A DNA stretch of 63,332 nucleotides, counting the filler, from Chiloscyllium plagiosum (taxonomy: Eukaryota): the NCBI RefSeq assembly GCF_004010195.1. It is 4 parts of one record of this genome, joined end to end, with 100 filler letters (N's around TTAATTAATTAA, not from the genome) between each part and the next. Parts side by side here need not be neighbours in the genome. Positions count along the whole stretch, not along the records: positions 1 to 13,355 come from NC_057714.1; 3 more parts are not named here. One strand, 5' to 3'. Under the pieces are notes generated by a model. The model was not told the DNA's origin. It did not search any database and saw only the letters and a program-made list of their open reading frames with translations. Positions 1 through 11,944 of the stretch are shown here, piece after piece (position 1 is the stretch's first letter; every line of letters begins with the position of its first letter). Made by a program: the position numbers and the translations under genes.

Positions 1-780
1 TCCCTGAGCCATGTTTCCGTAATTGCTATGATATCCCAGTCCCATGTTCCTAGCCATGCCCTGAGTTCATCTGCCTTCCCTGTTAGGCCCTTGCATTGAA
101 ATAAATGCAGTTTAATTTATTAGTCCAAACTTGTCCCTGCCTGCCCTGACTGTTTGACTCGCGTCTGTTCTCAACTGCACCAGTCTCAGATTGACCTTGG
201 GTCCCACCCCACCTTACTAGTTTAAATCCTCCCGAGCAGCTCTAGCAAATTTCCCTGCCAGTATATTAGTTCCCTTCCAATTTAGGTGCACACCGTCCTT
301 CTTGTAGAGGTCACTTCTACCCCGAAAGAGATTCCAATGATCCAAAAATGTGAATCATTCTCCCTTACACCAGCTCCTCAGTCATGCACTCATCTTCTCT
401 ATCCTCCTATTCATGCCCTCACTAGCTCGTCGCACTGCGAGTAATCCAGACATTACTACTCTCAAGGGCTTCCTTTTTAAATTTCTGCCTAACTCTCTGT
501 AATCTCCCTTCAGAATCTCAACATTTTCCTTATATCATTGGTTCCAATGTGAACAATGACCTCTTGCTGGCCCCTCTCCCCCGTGAGAACATTCTGCACT
601 CTCTCTGAGACATCCTTGATCCTGGCACTAGGGAAGCAACACACCATTCTGCTTTTTCGCTGCTGGCCACAGAAACGTCAGACCACAGAATCCCCTAACA
701 CAATTGATCTCTTGGAACCTGATGTACCCCTCGTTGCATTAGAGCCGGTCTCAATACCAGAAACTTGGATCTCATTACTG
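1..780 (-). mobile_element. CR1 LINE 5' part: ORF1 SGNH-esterase C-terminus and start of ORF2 APE endonuclease (decayed; continues off the window)
   Basis: Minus strand translates to FLDHWNLFRGRSDLYKKDGVHLNWKGTNILAGKFARAAREDLN* (esterase DGxH motif), then CIYFNAR..GKADELRAWLGTWDWDIIAITETWL (APE N-terminus at 1-120). Confidence 0.9.
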
Positions 781-1085
781 CATCTAAATACGAATATGTG
801 CACTATCATGTCATTGTCAGTTTAAGTGGAGGAATGACAGCAAACATGGACAGATTTATCATCCATACCACTACAAAAGTCAAGGCTAACATATGTTCAG
901 ATAGAGAGTTATTAAAACAAAGAATACTTTTGCGCTAGTGACTATGAGTAAATGCTGCTAATTTGAAGGGAAATTAGACAAATATTAGAAAAAGGGATGA
1001 TTTGGAGGTGCCAGTTTCGGACTGGGCTGTAAAAAGTTAAAAATCACACAACACCAGGTGATAGTCCAACAGGTTTATTTGGAAG

Positions 1086-1120
1086 CACTAGGTTTCGGAC
1101 CGCTGTTCCTTCATCAGGTG
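1086..1120 (-). ncRNA. Minimal hammerhead ribozyme motif (PLE family B)
   Basis: cac CTGATGA a ggaac agc ggtcc GAAA cc TA gtg; stem I cac/gtg. Confidence 0.6.
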
Positions 1121-1825
1121 GTTGTGGAGTTTAAGATCGTAGGATACAAAATTTATAGCATAAGTTTGCAGTGTAATGTAACTGAAATTATATATTGAAA
1201 AAGACCTGGATTGTCTGTTGAGTCTCTCATTTTTTAGAATGGGCATGTTGGTTTCAGTTCTTTCACATGTAAATCCCAGAACTTTCTTAACATTGAATTC
1301 TCAAGTGAACTTTAACAATAGGTGCCATGTTGACCCAGTTAATGCATTGAAGGTGTGAGGTGCCCTGCGTGAGGCTGTCTGTGCCCCAATGTTCAGACTG
1401 ATTTTAACCTAAAAAAGGGATTTACAAAATCTAACATGGATTCATGTAGTTTTTGAGCAGAATAAAATATAATTTTGAAAGTACAAATTCATCCCACAAA
1501 CTTATATGCGTGTGTGTGCATGTGGGTTTGTATGTGTGCAGGGGTGGGGGGAGAGAGGGTATGAGTGTCCGTGAGAGAGTGTGTGTATATGTATGTTTGT
1601 GAGTATAAAGGGGTATAAGTCTGTGAGAATGTACTTGTGTGAGTGTAGGTGTGTGTGTGTGTGTTTGCAAAGTGTAATGGGATCACCTGTAGTGTGACAT
1701 GAACCCAAGGTCCCGGTTGAGGCCATCCCCATAGGTACTGAACTTGGCTATCAGCCTCTGCTCAGCCACTTTGCGTTGTTACCTGTCCTGGAGTCCGCCT
1801 GGTCACCTGAAGGTCTAAGGTCAAA

Positions 1826-2165
1826 TCGTGGGCGGCACGGTGGCACAGTGGTTAGCACTGCTGCCTCACAGCACCAGAGACCCGGGTTCAATTTTCACCT
1901 CAGGCAACTCTCTGTGTGGAGTTTGCACATTCTCCCTATGTCTGCGTGGGTTTCTTCCGGGTGCTCCGGTTTCCTCCCACAATCCAAAAATGTGCAGGTC
2001 AGGTGAAATGGCCACGCTAAATTGTCTGTAGTGTTAGGTGAAAGGGGTAAATCTAGGAGAATGGGTCTGGGTGGGTTACGCTTCGGCGGGTCGGTGTGGA
2101 CTTGTTGGGCCGAAGGGCCTGTTTCCACACTGTAGGGAATCTAATCTAATCTAATCTAAATCTAA
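1826..2165 (+). mobile_element. HE1-type tRNA-derived SINE, full length
   Basis: A box tggcacagtgg, B box gggttcaatt, V-SINE-type core, CR1-like 3' end, (aatct)n tail. Confidence 0.93.
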
Positions 2166-2300
2166 AATGTCCTGGACCACTGAAGTGTTCTCTGACTGGG
2201 AGGGAACACTCCTGCCTGTTAATTGTTGTGTGGTGTCCATTCATCCATTGCTGTACCCTCTGTTTGGTTTCACCAATGTACCATGCCTCAGGGCATCCTT

Positions 2301-2420
2301 GGAGAAAGTGAGGACTGCAGATACTGGAGTGCCAGAGTTGAAAAATGCCCGAAACGTCGATTCTCCTGCTCCTTGGATGCAGCCTGGCCTGCTGTGTTTT
2401 TCCAGCACCACATTTTTCAA
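2301..2420. mobile_element. Mini PLE-derived insertion (family A pLTR pieces in inverted orientation)
   Basis: 14 bp TSD ctcagggcatcctt at 2287-2300 and 2421-2434; splits the GIY-YIG coding sequence. Confidence 0.85.
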
Positions 2421-2584
2421 CTCAGGGCATCCTTGCCTGCAATGTATGAGATAGACAACATGACTATCTGCCACGTACATGGTGGGTGGTGTCCCCACAT
2501 GCAATGGTGGTAACCGTGTCGACATTCTGACACGTCTTACAGCGTCTACTGTGACAAGGTTGTATGGTCACTCACAGATAGACA

Positions 2585-2712
2585 TTCCTGAAGAAGGGTT
2601 AATGCCCGAAACGTCGATTCTCCTGTTCCCTAGATGCTGTCTGACCTGCTGCGCTTCTCCAGCAACACATTTCCATCTCTGATCTCCAGCATCTGCAGAC
2701 CTCATTTTCTCT
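2585..2712 (+). mobile_element. Mini PLE-derived insertion (family A) beginning at a hammerhead core
   Basis: 13 bp TSD tcacagatagaca at 2572-2584 and 2713-2725; CTGAAGA a gggt taat gccc GAAA cg TC. Confidence 0.85.
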
Positions 2713-3287
2713 TCACAGATAGACAGACAGACAGACAGACACAGACACTCCTATAGACACACACACACAAGCTATCTCTCTCATATGCTCACACATACAC
2801 TCTCACACTCACATATGCAACCTCTCATAGACCTATACCCCTTTACACTCACACTCACGCACATACACCCACTCTCTCTGAGACACTCAAACCCCCTACA
2901 CACACACCTACTTGCACATATATGCATATAAGTTTGAGGGGTGAATTTATACTTGCAGAATTACATTTTTATGCTCAAAACCTACATGAATTCATGTTAG
3001 ATTCTGTAAATCCCAATTTACAGAATTGGGATCAGTCTGAACATTGGGGCACACCTCAGACAGGGCACCTTACACCTTCAATGTATTATCTGGGCTAACA
3101 TGGTACCTATTGTTAAAGTTCACTTGAGAATGTAACTTTAAGAAAGTTCTGGGATTTACATATGAAACAACTGAAACCAACATGACTTAACAAACAATCC
3201 AGGTCTTTTTCAATATATAATTTCTGTTACATCATCCTGTAAACTTATGCTATAAATTCTGTGTCATACAATCTTATACTGCACAAC

Positions 3288-3322
3288 CACCTGATGAAGG
3301 AGCACCATTCCGAAAACTAATG
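3288..3322 (+). ncRNA. Minimal hammerhead motif (PLE family B, degenerate)
   Basis: cac CTGATGA a ggagcaccattcc GAAA ac TA atg. Confidence 0.5.
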
Positions 3323-3402
3323 CTTCCAAATAAACCTGTTGGATTATGACCTGGTGTTGTGTGATTTTTAAGTGTGAGAAAGAAAGAATGTAAAAGGATA
3401 TC

Positions 3403-3986
3403 TATAGAATTCCTACAGTGCAAAAACAGGCCATTTGACTCAACAAATCTACACTGATTTAGATTAGATTAAATTCCTTACAGTGTGGAAACAGGCCCTT
3501 CAGCCCAACAAGCCCACACTAACCCTCTGGAGAGTAACCCACCCAGTTCCATTTCCCTCTGACGAATGCATCTATCACTATGGGCAATTTAGCATGGCCA
3601 ATTCACCTGCCCGGCATGTCTTTGGACTGTGGGAGGAAACCGGACCATCCGGAGGAAACCCACGTGCACACAGGGAGAATGTGCAAACTCCACACAGCCA
3701 GTCGCCCGAGGCTGAAATCAAACCTGGGACCCTGGTGCTGTGAGACAGCAGTGCTAACCACTGAGCCACCGTGATTCTCCAATGAGCATCCCACCCAAAT
3801 GCACCCCCCAAACCTATCCCTGTAACTCTGTATTTTCTATGGCTAATCCACCTAACCTACACATCCCTGGCTACAATGGGCAATTTAGCATGACCAACTC
3901 CACACAGACAGTGACCCGAGGCTGGGATCAAACCGGACCCCTGGATCTGTGAGGCAGCAGTGCTAACCACCGAGCCACCATGCTGC
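3403..3986 (-). mobile_element. Two nested HE1 SINEs (inner copy ~3456-3774)
   Basis: Two tRNA-derived heads (~3740-3772 and ~3950-3985) and two tails (~3403 and ~3457). Confidence 0.88.
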
Positions 3987-4438
3987 TGACATTGAAGAGT
4001 TTGCTCCTTTTTTGACATAATGGTCTGATGTACTTCCCTCCCTGCTGCAATTTGTACAATTCCATAAAAAATAAAAAAAAGCAGATTCCTTGAGAATCTG
4101 AAAAGCGAAAAATTACACTAATGCATCGGGTGTGTACTCATTATAACATACATTAGAGTCTGCTTGTCACTGAGGTTACCCAGGCACCTAACATAATTGC
4201 AAAGCGTTGCTGCTTTTATTATAGTTAGAAATTCTTAAGTGAAAGCTGTGATCATTGACAGAAGCGGATGAATTACAGATGTGCATGGGTCCCTTGTTGG
4301 ACGTTGCACCACAAAAATAAATTGGTGTGGGTCTGTAATTCACCAATGACCATCCATTATTTCACTCAACATGTAAAACATACTTCACTGTGCAGCCTTG
4401 GAGGGAATTAATTGAGACTACAGCTGTTGAGGACTCAC

Positions 4439-4529
4439 CTTCAATATTAATCAGGGAAACAACGTCATGTAACACATAAGTATTAGATCTATAATTACAT
4501 AGCCTTCCAATGTGCTGACAGAGTTTCCT
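4439..4529 (-). other. Candidate exon (91 nt, phase 0 to 1), unverified
   Basis: Strong donor AG|GTGAGT and an open frame RKLCQHIGRLCNYRSNTYVLHDVVSLINIE, but a weak acceptor. Confidence 0.15.
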
Positions 4530-5074
4530 CTATATTAATATTGGGTAATATTTCTCAGTTTTGTTGCCATTTTAAATATATCTTTTGGTCTCCATTTCTG
4601 GTGGTTGATGTCACTTATATTATAATGTGCCTATGGTTCTAATATACAATGTGCCTATGGACCTATAGCAATGTCTCACTGGTACTGCAATATATCTAAT
4701 GGTGTTTGCAATAATTGTAGATCTCACTGTCCATACAAAGCCTGATTCACGAGTAACACGCATAAGCAGATCCAGCAAAAATGAATAGAGGATTGAAAGT
4801 GTGAGGGACAGGAAGCGAAATGCAAATAGCAGAATTCAATAGTTAATTTTCACATGCTGTTCCTCTCTTTCCAAAGACAGGTCCTCAGCTCATTGTCTCC
4901 TGAACCCTTTCTGTGGCTGCTTTTCTTAAAATCAATGATGGCCTGCCTTCCACATGCAGAGCAAGCCCAAACTCTACCTCAGTCAGAGCAGGAATCAAAC
5001 CAGCACTATTAGGATTAACCACACACCTCATTGAGATAAGTGACCCCCCGAGGAGCAGAGTAACAAATCAGAAA

Positions 5075-6065
5075 CGGCTCAGGGAGCAGGTACAACTGCG
5101 AGATTTGCACATTCAAAAGAAGAGCTATAAAATCACCCTGGATTCGAAAGATAATGATTACAACTATTTACTATCTACTAAAGACAAAAAATTCACTTCA
5201 GGCCACCTCAAAATACTTACAGCCAATAAATTACTTTTGAAATGCAGTCAAAGTTGTAGGAAATGTGACAGTCAATTTGCATGCAATAAACCCTGAAAAG
5301 CAGCAATGTGATAATGGCCCAGATAATCTGTTTTTTGTGATGATGTTGGAGGGGTAATCATTTGTCAGAAGACTGGGTGGAATTCCACTGTTTTTCACTG
5401 AAATTACACAATGAAATTGTTTACACCCTCCTTGCAGAGCTATCTCTTTCGTGGGCGGCACGGTGGCACAGTGGTTAGCACTGCTGCCTCACAGCGCCAG
5501 AGACCCGGGTTCAATTCCCGCCTCAGGCGACTAACTGTGTGGAGTTTGCACGTTCTCCCTGTGTCTGCGTGGGTTTCCTCCGGATGCTCCGGTTTCCTCC
5601 CACAGTCCAAAGATGTGCAGGTCAGGTGAATTGGCCATGCTAAATTGCCCGTAGTGTTAGGTAAGGGGTAAACGTAAGGGTATGGGTGGGTGGCGCTTCG
5701 GCGGGGCAGCGGCTCAGGGAGCAGGTACAACTGCGAGATTTGCACATTCAAAAGAAGAGCTATAAAATCACCCTGGATTCGAAAGATAATGATTACAACT
5801 ATTTACTATCTACTAAAGACAAAAAATTCACTTCAGGCCACCTCAAAATACTTACAGCCAATAAATTACTTTTGATATGCAGTCAAAGTTGTAGGAAATG
5901 TGACAGTCAATTTGCATGCAATAAACTCTGAAAAGCAGCAACGTGATAATGGCCCAGATAATCTGTTTTTTTGTGATGATGTTGGAGGGGTAATCATTTG
6001 TCAGAATACTGGGTGGAATTCCACAATGAAATTGTTTACACCCTCCTTGCAGAGCTATCTCTTTC
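5075..6065. repeat. Direct duplication of ~360-375 bp (5075-5450 and 5710-6065) flanking a 3'-truncated SINE
   Basis: Both copies run cggctcagggagcagg...gagctatctctttc; copy 2 lacks ~21 nt and there are a few substitutions. Confidence 0.95.
5451..5709 (+). mobile_element. HE1 SINE, intact head but no 3' tail
   Basis: Near-identical to the 1826-2165 copy up to ...cgcttcggcggg, then switches to the duplicated flank. Confidence 0.92.
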
Positions 6066-6418
6066 ACATTGCTTTCAAGAGGAAACAGCTCTCACAGTGC
6101 ATCACTGGATTTTTACGCTCATGTTTTTGGAGTGGGACATAAACACACAACCTTTTAACATAGAAATAAGTGTGATACCAACTGAGTGTGCATTAATTGC
6201 TTGTCCCATGTCATAATGGAAATGGTCTCCACTAATTTGGCACAGAAATGATGTGCTAACCTTGCAAATGCTATGTCAATTGAGTAGGTATAGGTGCTTA
6301 CTCTAGTTGTGATTAAGAGCTGTTGATACCAATTGGTGAAAGATAAAGATATATATGTCAACACTGCAAACATCACTTTCCATTTGAGGATTATTTTGGT
6401 TAATATTCCTACATCTGG

Positions 6419-6619
6419 GTGGAAGTGGGTACTACAGATGCTAGAGATTAGAGTCAAGATTAGAGTGGTGCTGGAAAAGCATAGCAGGTTAGGCAGCCTC
6501 TGAGGAGCAGGAAAATCGACATTTCAGACAAAGGCCTTTTGTCCGAAACGTTGATTTTCCTGCTCCTCGGATGCTGCCTGACCTGCTGTGCTTTTTCAGC
6601 ACCACTCTAATCTTGACTC
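6419..6619. mobile_element. Palindromic mini-PLE (family A)
   Basis: 15 bp TSD tattcctacatctgg at 6404-6418 and 6620-6634; ~85 bp inverted arms meeting within the hammerhead stem II. Confidence 0.88.
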
Positions 6620-6779
6620 TATTCCTACATCTGGACTAGAAGGTCCAGGTTCAAATCCCACCTTCCCCAGAAGTGTGTCAAACCATATCTTAACAGGTTG
6701 ATTGTTTTTATACAGAAGAGTCAGTTCTCATTACTGGTTGTTGGAAATGACAAAGAAGTCATTGCTTTTCTTTATTGTG

Positions 6780-6990
6780 AGCTGAAAATGTGTTGCTGGA
6801 AAAGCGCAGCAGGCCAGGCAGCATACAAGGAACAGGAGAATCGACATTTCGGGCATAAGCCCTTCTTCAGTTTATGCCCGAAACGTCGATTCTCCTGTTC
6901 CTTGGATGCTGCTTGACCTGCTGTGCTTTTCCAGCAACACATTTTCAGCTCTGATCTCCAGCATCTGCAGCCCTCACTTTCTCTCAAAGA
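6780..6990. mobile_element. Palindromic mini-PLE (family A) with minus-strand hammerhead core at 6841-6870
   Basis: 14 bp TSD ttttctttattgtg at 6766-6779 and 6991-7004; inverted arms plus a one-sided ~35 nt tail. Confidence 0.9.
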
Positions 6991-7065
6991 TTTTCTTTAT
7001 TGTGGCCAAACCACTGTAGAAGATAGACCAGCTCCTTCTTCTTTCTTTTCCTGATGAATGCTTAC

Positions 7066-7211
7066 CAGATTAACTCTCTGCTGGCAATGGCTTAAGTGGG
7101 TTCTGGTGCCTGACAGACTAATGCATTTATATTGGAGCTTTGGGACTGATTTTTTGAGAAAAGCAACAAGGTCAATGAAGTATCGTGTCACAAAGGTTGA
7201 GGAAGGCCTCA
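7066..7211 (-). other. Candidate exon (146 nt, phase 1 to 0), unverified
   Basis: Acceptor atttcctctccctcctttggccag, donor CTG|GTAAGC, open frame RPSSTFVTRYFIDLVAFLKKSVPKLQYKCISLSGTRTHLSHCQQRVNL. Confidence 0.27.
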
Positions 7212-7826
7212 CTGGCCAAAGGAGGGAGAGGAAATCCTTCAAATTACTTTATCAGTACCAGTATAATTTATAACCATTCTCATCATCCGGGATCCAAAAA
7301 GCAAAAACAAAAAAAAAAGAAATCATTTCTGCAGATGTGACGGGATAGAAAAGGAAGACAGCAAAGGAAGTTAATCCTCAAAGGGCCATTAGCGAAAGGG
7401 AGTGAACGAAACCTATGCACTGAATCAAACTGTTGAAAAATAAGAATATTCCATTGTTCTGTGATGTTGACAGAGGGGAGACAGTCTCCTGAGGAACCCT
7501 TCACTTTGTTTGTTGATGAAATGATTTTATGGAAACTGTAAAAGTGGCAGTGAAACTGAGGTTTGCAACAGTGTTTTTGTGTTTCTGTACACTATCTTTA
7601 CAAACCTGGAAAGCTTTAATTTTCACTGAACCTTATGAAATTAAAAATAATCATCTGCGTGTGTAACGTTTGTGAGTATAGCCTGATAATAGGACTTTTT
7701 GTATGAAAATCTGTCACTTTGTCCAAGTGGCCAGCCTTTACTTGGGAATCTCGGAAGAGACAAAGAATGCATATCGGCAAACTATCTGACTATGGAGTGT
7801 GCCACGTAAAATCCAAACTAATCTTA

Positions 7827-8260
7827 TAGAGTCATAGAGATGTACAGCACGGAAACAGACCCTTCAGTCCAACCCGTCTATGCCGACTAGATATCCCAAC
7901 CCAACCTAGTCCCACCTGCCAGCACCCGGCCCATATCCCTCCAAACCATTCCTAATCATATACCCATCCAGATGCCTTTTAAATGTTGTAATTGTATTAG
8001 CCTCCACCACTTCCTCTGGCAGTTCATTTGATACATGTACCACCTTGTGAAAAAGTTGTCCCTTAGGTCTCTTTTGTATCTTTCCCCTCTCAGCCTAAAC
8101 CTAAGCCCTCTAATTCTGGACACCCCCACCTCAGGGAAAAGATTTTGTCTATTTATCCTAACCAAGCCACTCATGATTTTATAAACCTCTATAAGGTCAC
8201 CCAATGCTTCAAGGAAAACAGCCCTAGCCTATTCAACCTCTCCCTATAGCTCAAATCCTA
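7827..8260 (-). mobile_element. CR1/HER1 LINE 3' end
   Basis: GDLIEVYKIM...RDLRDNFFT; (tatgactc) tail. Confidence 0.92.
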
Positions 8261-8489
8261 TCTCAAACCCACATAAACAATTTTTTTTTGCTTTGGGTTA
8301 TTGAAAAATAAGATTCCTTTACCCTTTTTTTAAAGTTTGTTCAGTTCAGTGTGATAATTATACAAAATTGCAGGTTTAATAGTTAGAAAAGAAGAAATTC
8401 CAATGAGAGACCAGCTTATCAAACTGTTCAGAAAGTTTGACAAACTAAATTATCTTTCACTGCTGTTGTTGTTTAGGATATCATGATCT

Positions 8490-8730
8490 ACATAGCAAGA
8501 TCCCAAGAATAAAAATCAAATAAGTGACTGATTTTTTGATGGTGTTAATTGGAGGTAAGATGATAGTTAAAACTCCAAGAAAACTATTCACGGTCCCTTT
8601 GAATAGAGATATATGACTTTTAATGTTACAATAAACAGGGCTCTGTTTGAATATCTCACCTGGCGGAACAGCATCTCTGATAGTGCAGTACCTTCTTACC
8701 CTCATACTGAATGGTCAGCCTAGATTCACG
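8490..8730 (-). mobile_element. Old DeuSINE/SacSINE1-like relic
   Basis: By-eye resemblance to a Deu-domain SINE (acagcatctctgatagtgcagtac...gtcagcctagatt). Confidence 0.45.
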
Positions 8731-9239
8731 AGTCCAGGCACAATGGGCTGAATGGCTTCCTCCTGCACGATAACATTCTGTGCTCTAAAATGGAGCTTGA
8801 GACAATCCTGTTGCTATCAATAAGAGTTGAATTTTTAAATTATTGGTTATTAAATTATGTTTTTACTTTTCTCTAAAAATCAACAGGCTGCAAATGTCCT
8901 TAAGGAATTGAAAGCTGAGGCTGAACCTTATCATTTATATCAACCTGTGGGTTGCGTCAATTCTTTTAGAGGAAATCTCCCTGCTCGGTCCAGTAAGATT
9001 TGCCATTGTATCTTACCAAATATGTCCTATTAACCAACTACCCCACCCTATGGCATCTCTCACATCCAATTCTAGCCTAGTTTTACCATGCAACTCACCA
9101 CGCTGCAGAAATCTGCCCGAAGACTGGCACCCGCACCACCTTTAAAAACCCATTGTGCACTTAGACAAATGCTGTCAACCTGGAGCTGCCCTGCATAGTT
9201 CCTGACATTTGCCCCACACATTACAGACAGAGAGGGAAG

Positions 9240-9720
9240 ACTGGTGATGTGGAGATGCTGTTGGAAAGGGTGGTACAAATACAAGACTTCCTTCCACTTC
9301 TCCCAGGACCAGCAATAGAGGTCACCAAACCAGATCATATCAACCTGGTTCAAGCTTGTCATCTGGGTTAAAGCAGTCTCAGCCGCCTGGAGGAATGTCC
9401 AATACAACAGGAAGAATGGCAATGACTTCCTCCACTCCACAGTCTAAGTGCTACCATCTTCTCTCCAAAGCCTCACCGTTATATATCGCTATTACTGCAC
9501 CCATCTCCCACCAAGGCTCACGCGCTCCCACTCTCACTATTGCCTGCAACATTTACTGTCACCTGCTCTCACTCACCCAATGCCTGACAGCATTCACCCA
9601 GCATTATCCTCTGCTGCACCTACTCACTCATTCAGAACACCTCCCCACCAGTCTTTCTCTCATTCTATGAGCAAAACAGCCCACAATAGACAAGAAAGAG
9701 ACAGTTGGGTGGTGGGCTGC
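9240..9720 (+). pseudogene. PIF/Harbinger-type Myb/SANT-like DNA-binding gene relic
   Basis: DVEMLLERV...QIISTWFKLVIWVKAVSAAWRNVQYNRKNGNDFL, then after an intron-like pyrimidine-rich stretch KTAHNRQER..GG; frameshifts and a stop. Confidence 0.6.
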
Positions 9721-10044
9721 CGAACCTTTGGTTTCTCACCCCTTGACTTCTGTACTGGGACCTCCTGACCTAAGGCTATCCCTCTTTTCTTGACCAGGCC
9801 TTGCTGACAACCATGACAACTTCCTGTCAACTATTTGTGTGAAACAACAAGGCAAGGCAGAAGTAAATCAGCCTGGTATCTCTGGCTGTGGTAGCTAAGC
9901 GTACAAAGACAAAGCAACACAGGGATGCTGTGAACATTTAGGTAGGATCAAAATGAGACAATGCTATGACCACAAGTCAACAGCTTGCAGACGTAGTCTG
10001 ATCCAGTCCAGGAGGAGGAGTCTGACCCTGAGAACACGGTATGG

Positions 10045-10135
10045 AAAAGTGTGGAACTGGAAAAGCACAGCAGGTCAGACAGCATCCAAGGAGCAGGAGA
10101 ATCTCGTTTCGGACATAAGCCCTTCACTTTCTCCA
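10045..10135 (-). mobile_element. PLE family A pLTR fragment
   Basis: ctggaaaagcacagcaggtcagacagcatccaaggagcaggagaatc...cataagcccttca. Confidence 0.75.
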
Positions 10136-10697
10136 GAGAGCACGAGTGTCCTTACAGCAGTACTTAAAAGCAGAAGTGTCCTGTAAATGGATTGGGGATA
10201 TACCCTGAGGGTTCTTAGAGGCAGACACATGTCAAACACCAATGATCATGGACATAGTGTCCCCTGTCCATAGAGTGAGCCCTGAGATATTGGTGCCCAA
10301 TGTCTAACATAGAGATCTTTTGGATCAACTGGTGAGTTGAAATCACCAAGTACACTAAATGATAGAAGTAATGCAAAATGTTCCTGACATTGAGATGGAT
10401 TTGGTGGACTTCTCATCCAATTCTGTCACAATTTTTGCCAAAGCCCACATTGCTCAGAGTCATGTAAGATGTATGATTCTGCCTGAATGTCTCTTCCTAA
10501 CCTACATATAACTCCAATTATTGACTGTTTGCTAATTGTTATTTCATAAGAAAGAGGCCTATTACCATCACCTTAATGAATGCTGGTCATGCCAGTTACC
10601 CCTGCCATCCTGAAAGTCAATCAAAAACAATAATCACAATAGCAGTGCTGTTTACCTATCCTTCCGTTCTTATACTGATGACATCTCTTACACAGGA

Positions 10698-11162
10698 CAT
10701 AGAGTCATAGAGTCATAGAGATGTACAGCATGGAAACAGACCCTTCAGTCCAACCCGTCCATGCTGACCAGATATCTAAACCCAATCTAGTCCCACCTGC
10801 CAGCACCCAGCCCATATCCCTCCAAACTCTATCTATTCATATACCCATCCAGATGCCTTTTAAATGTTGCAATTATACCAGCCTTCATCACTTCCTCTGA
10901 TAGCCCGTTCCATACATGTACCATCCTCTGAGTGAAAAAGTTGTCTCTTAGGTCTCTTTTATATCTTTCCCCTCTCACCCTAAACCTAATGCCCTCTAGT
11001 TCTGGACTCCACAACCCCAGCAAAAAGGCTTTGTCTATTTATCCTATCTATACCCATCATGATTTTTACAAACCTCTATAAGGTCACCCCACAGCCTCTG
11101 ACACTCCAGGAAAAACAGCCCCAATCTGTTAAACCTCTCCCTATAGCTCAAATCCTCCAACC
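10698..11162 (-). mobile_element. CR1 LINE 3' end
   Basis: RVRGERYKRDLRDNFFTQRMVHVWN; (tagagtca)n tail on the plus strand. Confidence 0.92.
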
Positions 11163-11164
11163 CG

Positions 11165-11428
11165 AGAGTGGCTGTGTAGAGTTTGCACATTTTTTCTGTG
11201 TCTGCATGAGTTTACTTTGGGTGCTCCAGTTTACTCCCACCATGTAAAAATGTGCTGATTAGGTGGATGGGCCATGCCAAATTGCCCATAGTGTGCAGGC
11301 TGGATGGATGAGCCATGGGAAATGCAGGTTTAGAGAGAGGGTGGTGGCTCTGGGTGGGATGCTCTTCAGAGGGTAAGTGTGGACTCATTGGACCAATAGA
11401 CCTGATTCTGCACTGTTGGGATTCTATG
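11165..11428 (+). mobile_element. 5'-truncated older HE1 SINE
   Basis: ctgtgtagagtttgcacatt core; 3' end cactgttgggattctatg. Confidence 0.8.
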
Positions 11429-11944
11429 CTTCATTGTGATTAAATCTATTTTCTGTGTTCTGAAGTTGGCAGTTGTGGAGAGATGGTTAGCTGTGAAAAT
11501 TCTAACATGCAGGGTAGAGGATGTTCAAATACTTCAAACATTTGTTCTTGCCTAGTTACAAGGATGGAGCTCTTTCGGAAAGGTTTGATAGATCATCCAG
11601 ATCAGTTTTAATGAAGAACAGTCCAAGGGTCAGTCAGTTTTAGTCAGGGACAAGGTGAGGTACAGTCAGAGAGACTCTATCCTGTTAACATGCTGCTGTT
11701 AACTTTCTGTAGGTACAGCTAACAAAATCCCTTTGGCATATGTCAGCTCAGTGGAACTGAAAGAAAGCTGTCTGCCAGAAAAGATGGCAGTTCACTGAGA
11801 ACAATCATCAAGGAAATACATTATTCAGTTGGTACTGATCAGGAGCCTAAAATTCAGAGAAACCCAAAAGCAGTGAGAACATAGGGAAGCTGAATTGTTT
11901 GTCTACTGAGTGGAGCTGGGGTGCTATCTGATGAATCCAGTGAT

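Larger units (their letters stand above)
1700..2560 (-). pseudogene. PLE GIY-YIG endonuclease domain remnant
   Basis: After removing the inserts, the minus strand reads VVYLIHCRQGCPEAWYIGETKQRVQQWMNGHHTTINRQECSLPVREHFSGPG. Confidence 0.85.
997..3371 (-). mobile_element. Penelope-like element (family B) with ~630 bp inverted pseudo-LTR arms, interrupted by a SINE and two mini-PLEs
   Basis: 1037-1665 is the diverged reverse complement of ~2730-3371. A GIY-YIG remnant lies between the arms, and each arm has a hammerhead core. Confidence 0.85.

Noticed and set aside
1431..1732. His/Thr-rich ORFs
   Set aside because: Translation of a (CA)-rich tract in the PLE arm
1826..1900. tRNA-like sequences with A and B boxes (here and at other SINE heads)
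   Set aside because: They run straight into the HE1 SINE body and tail; not tRNA genes
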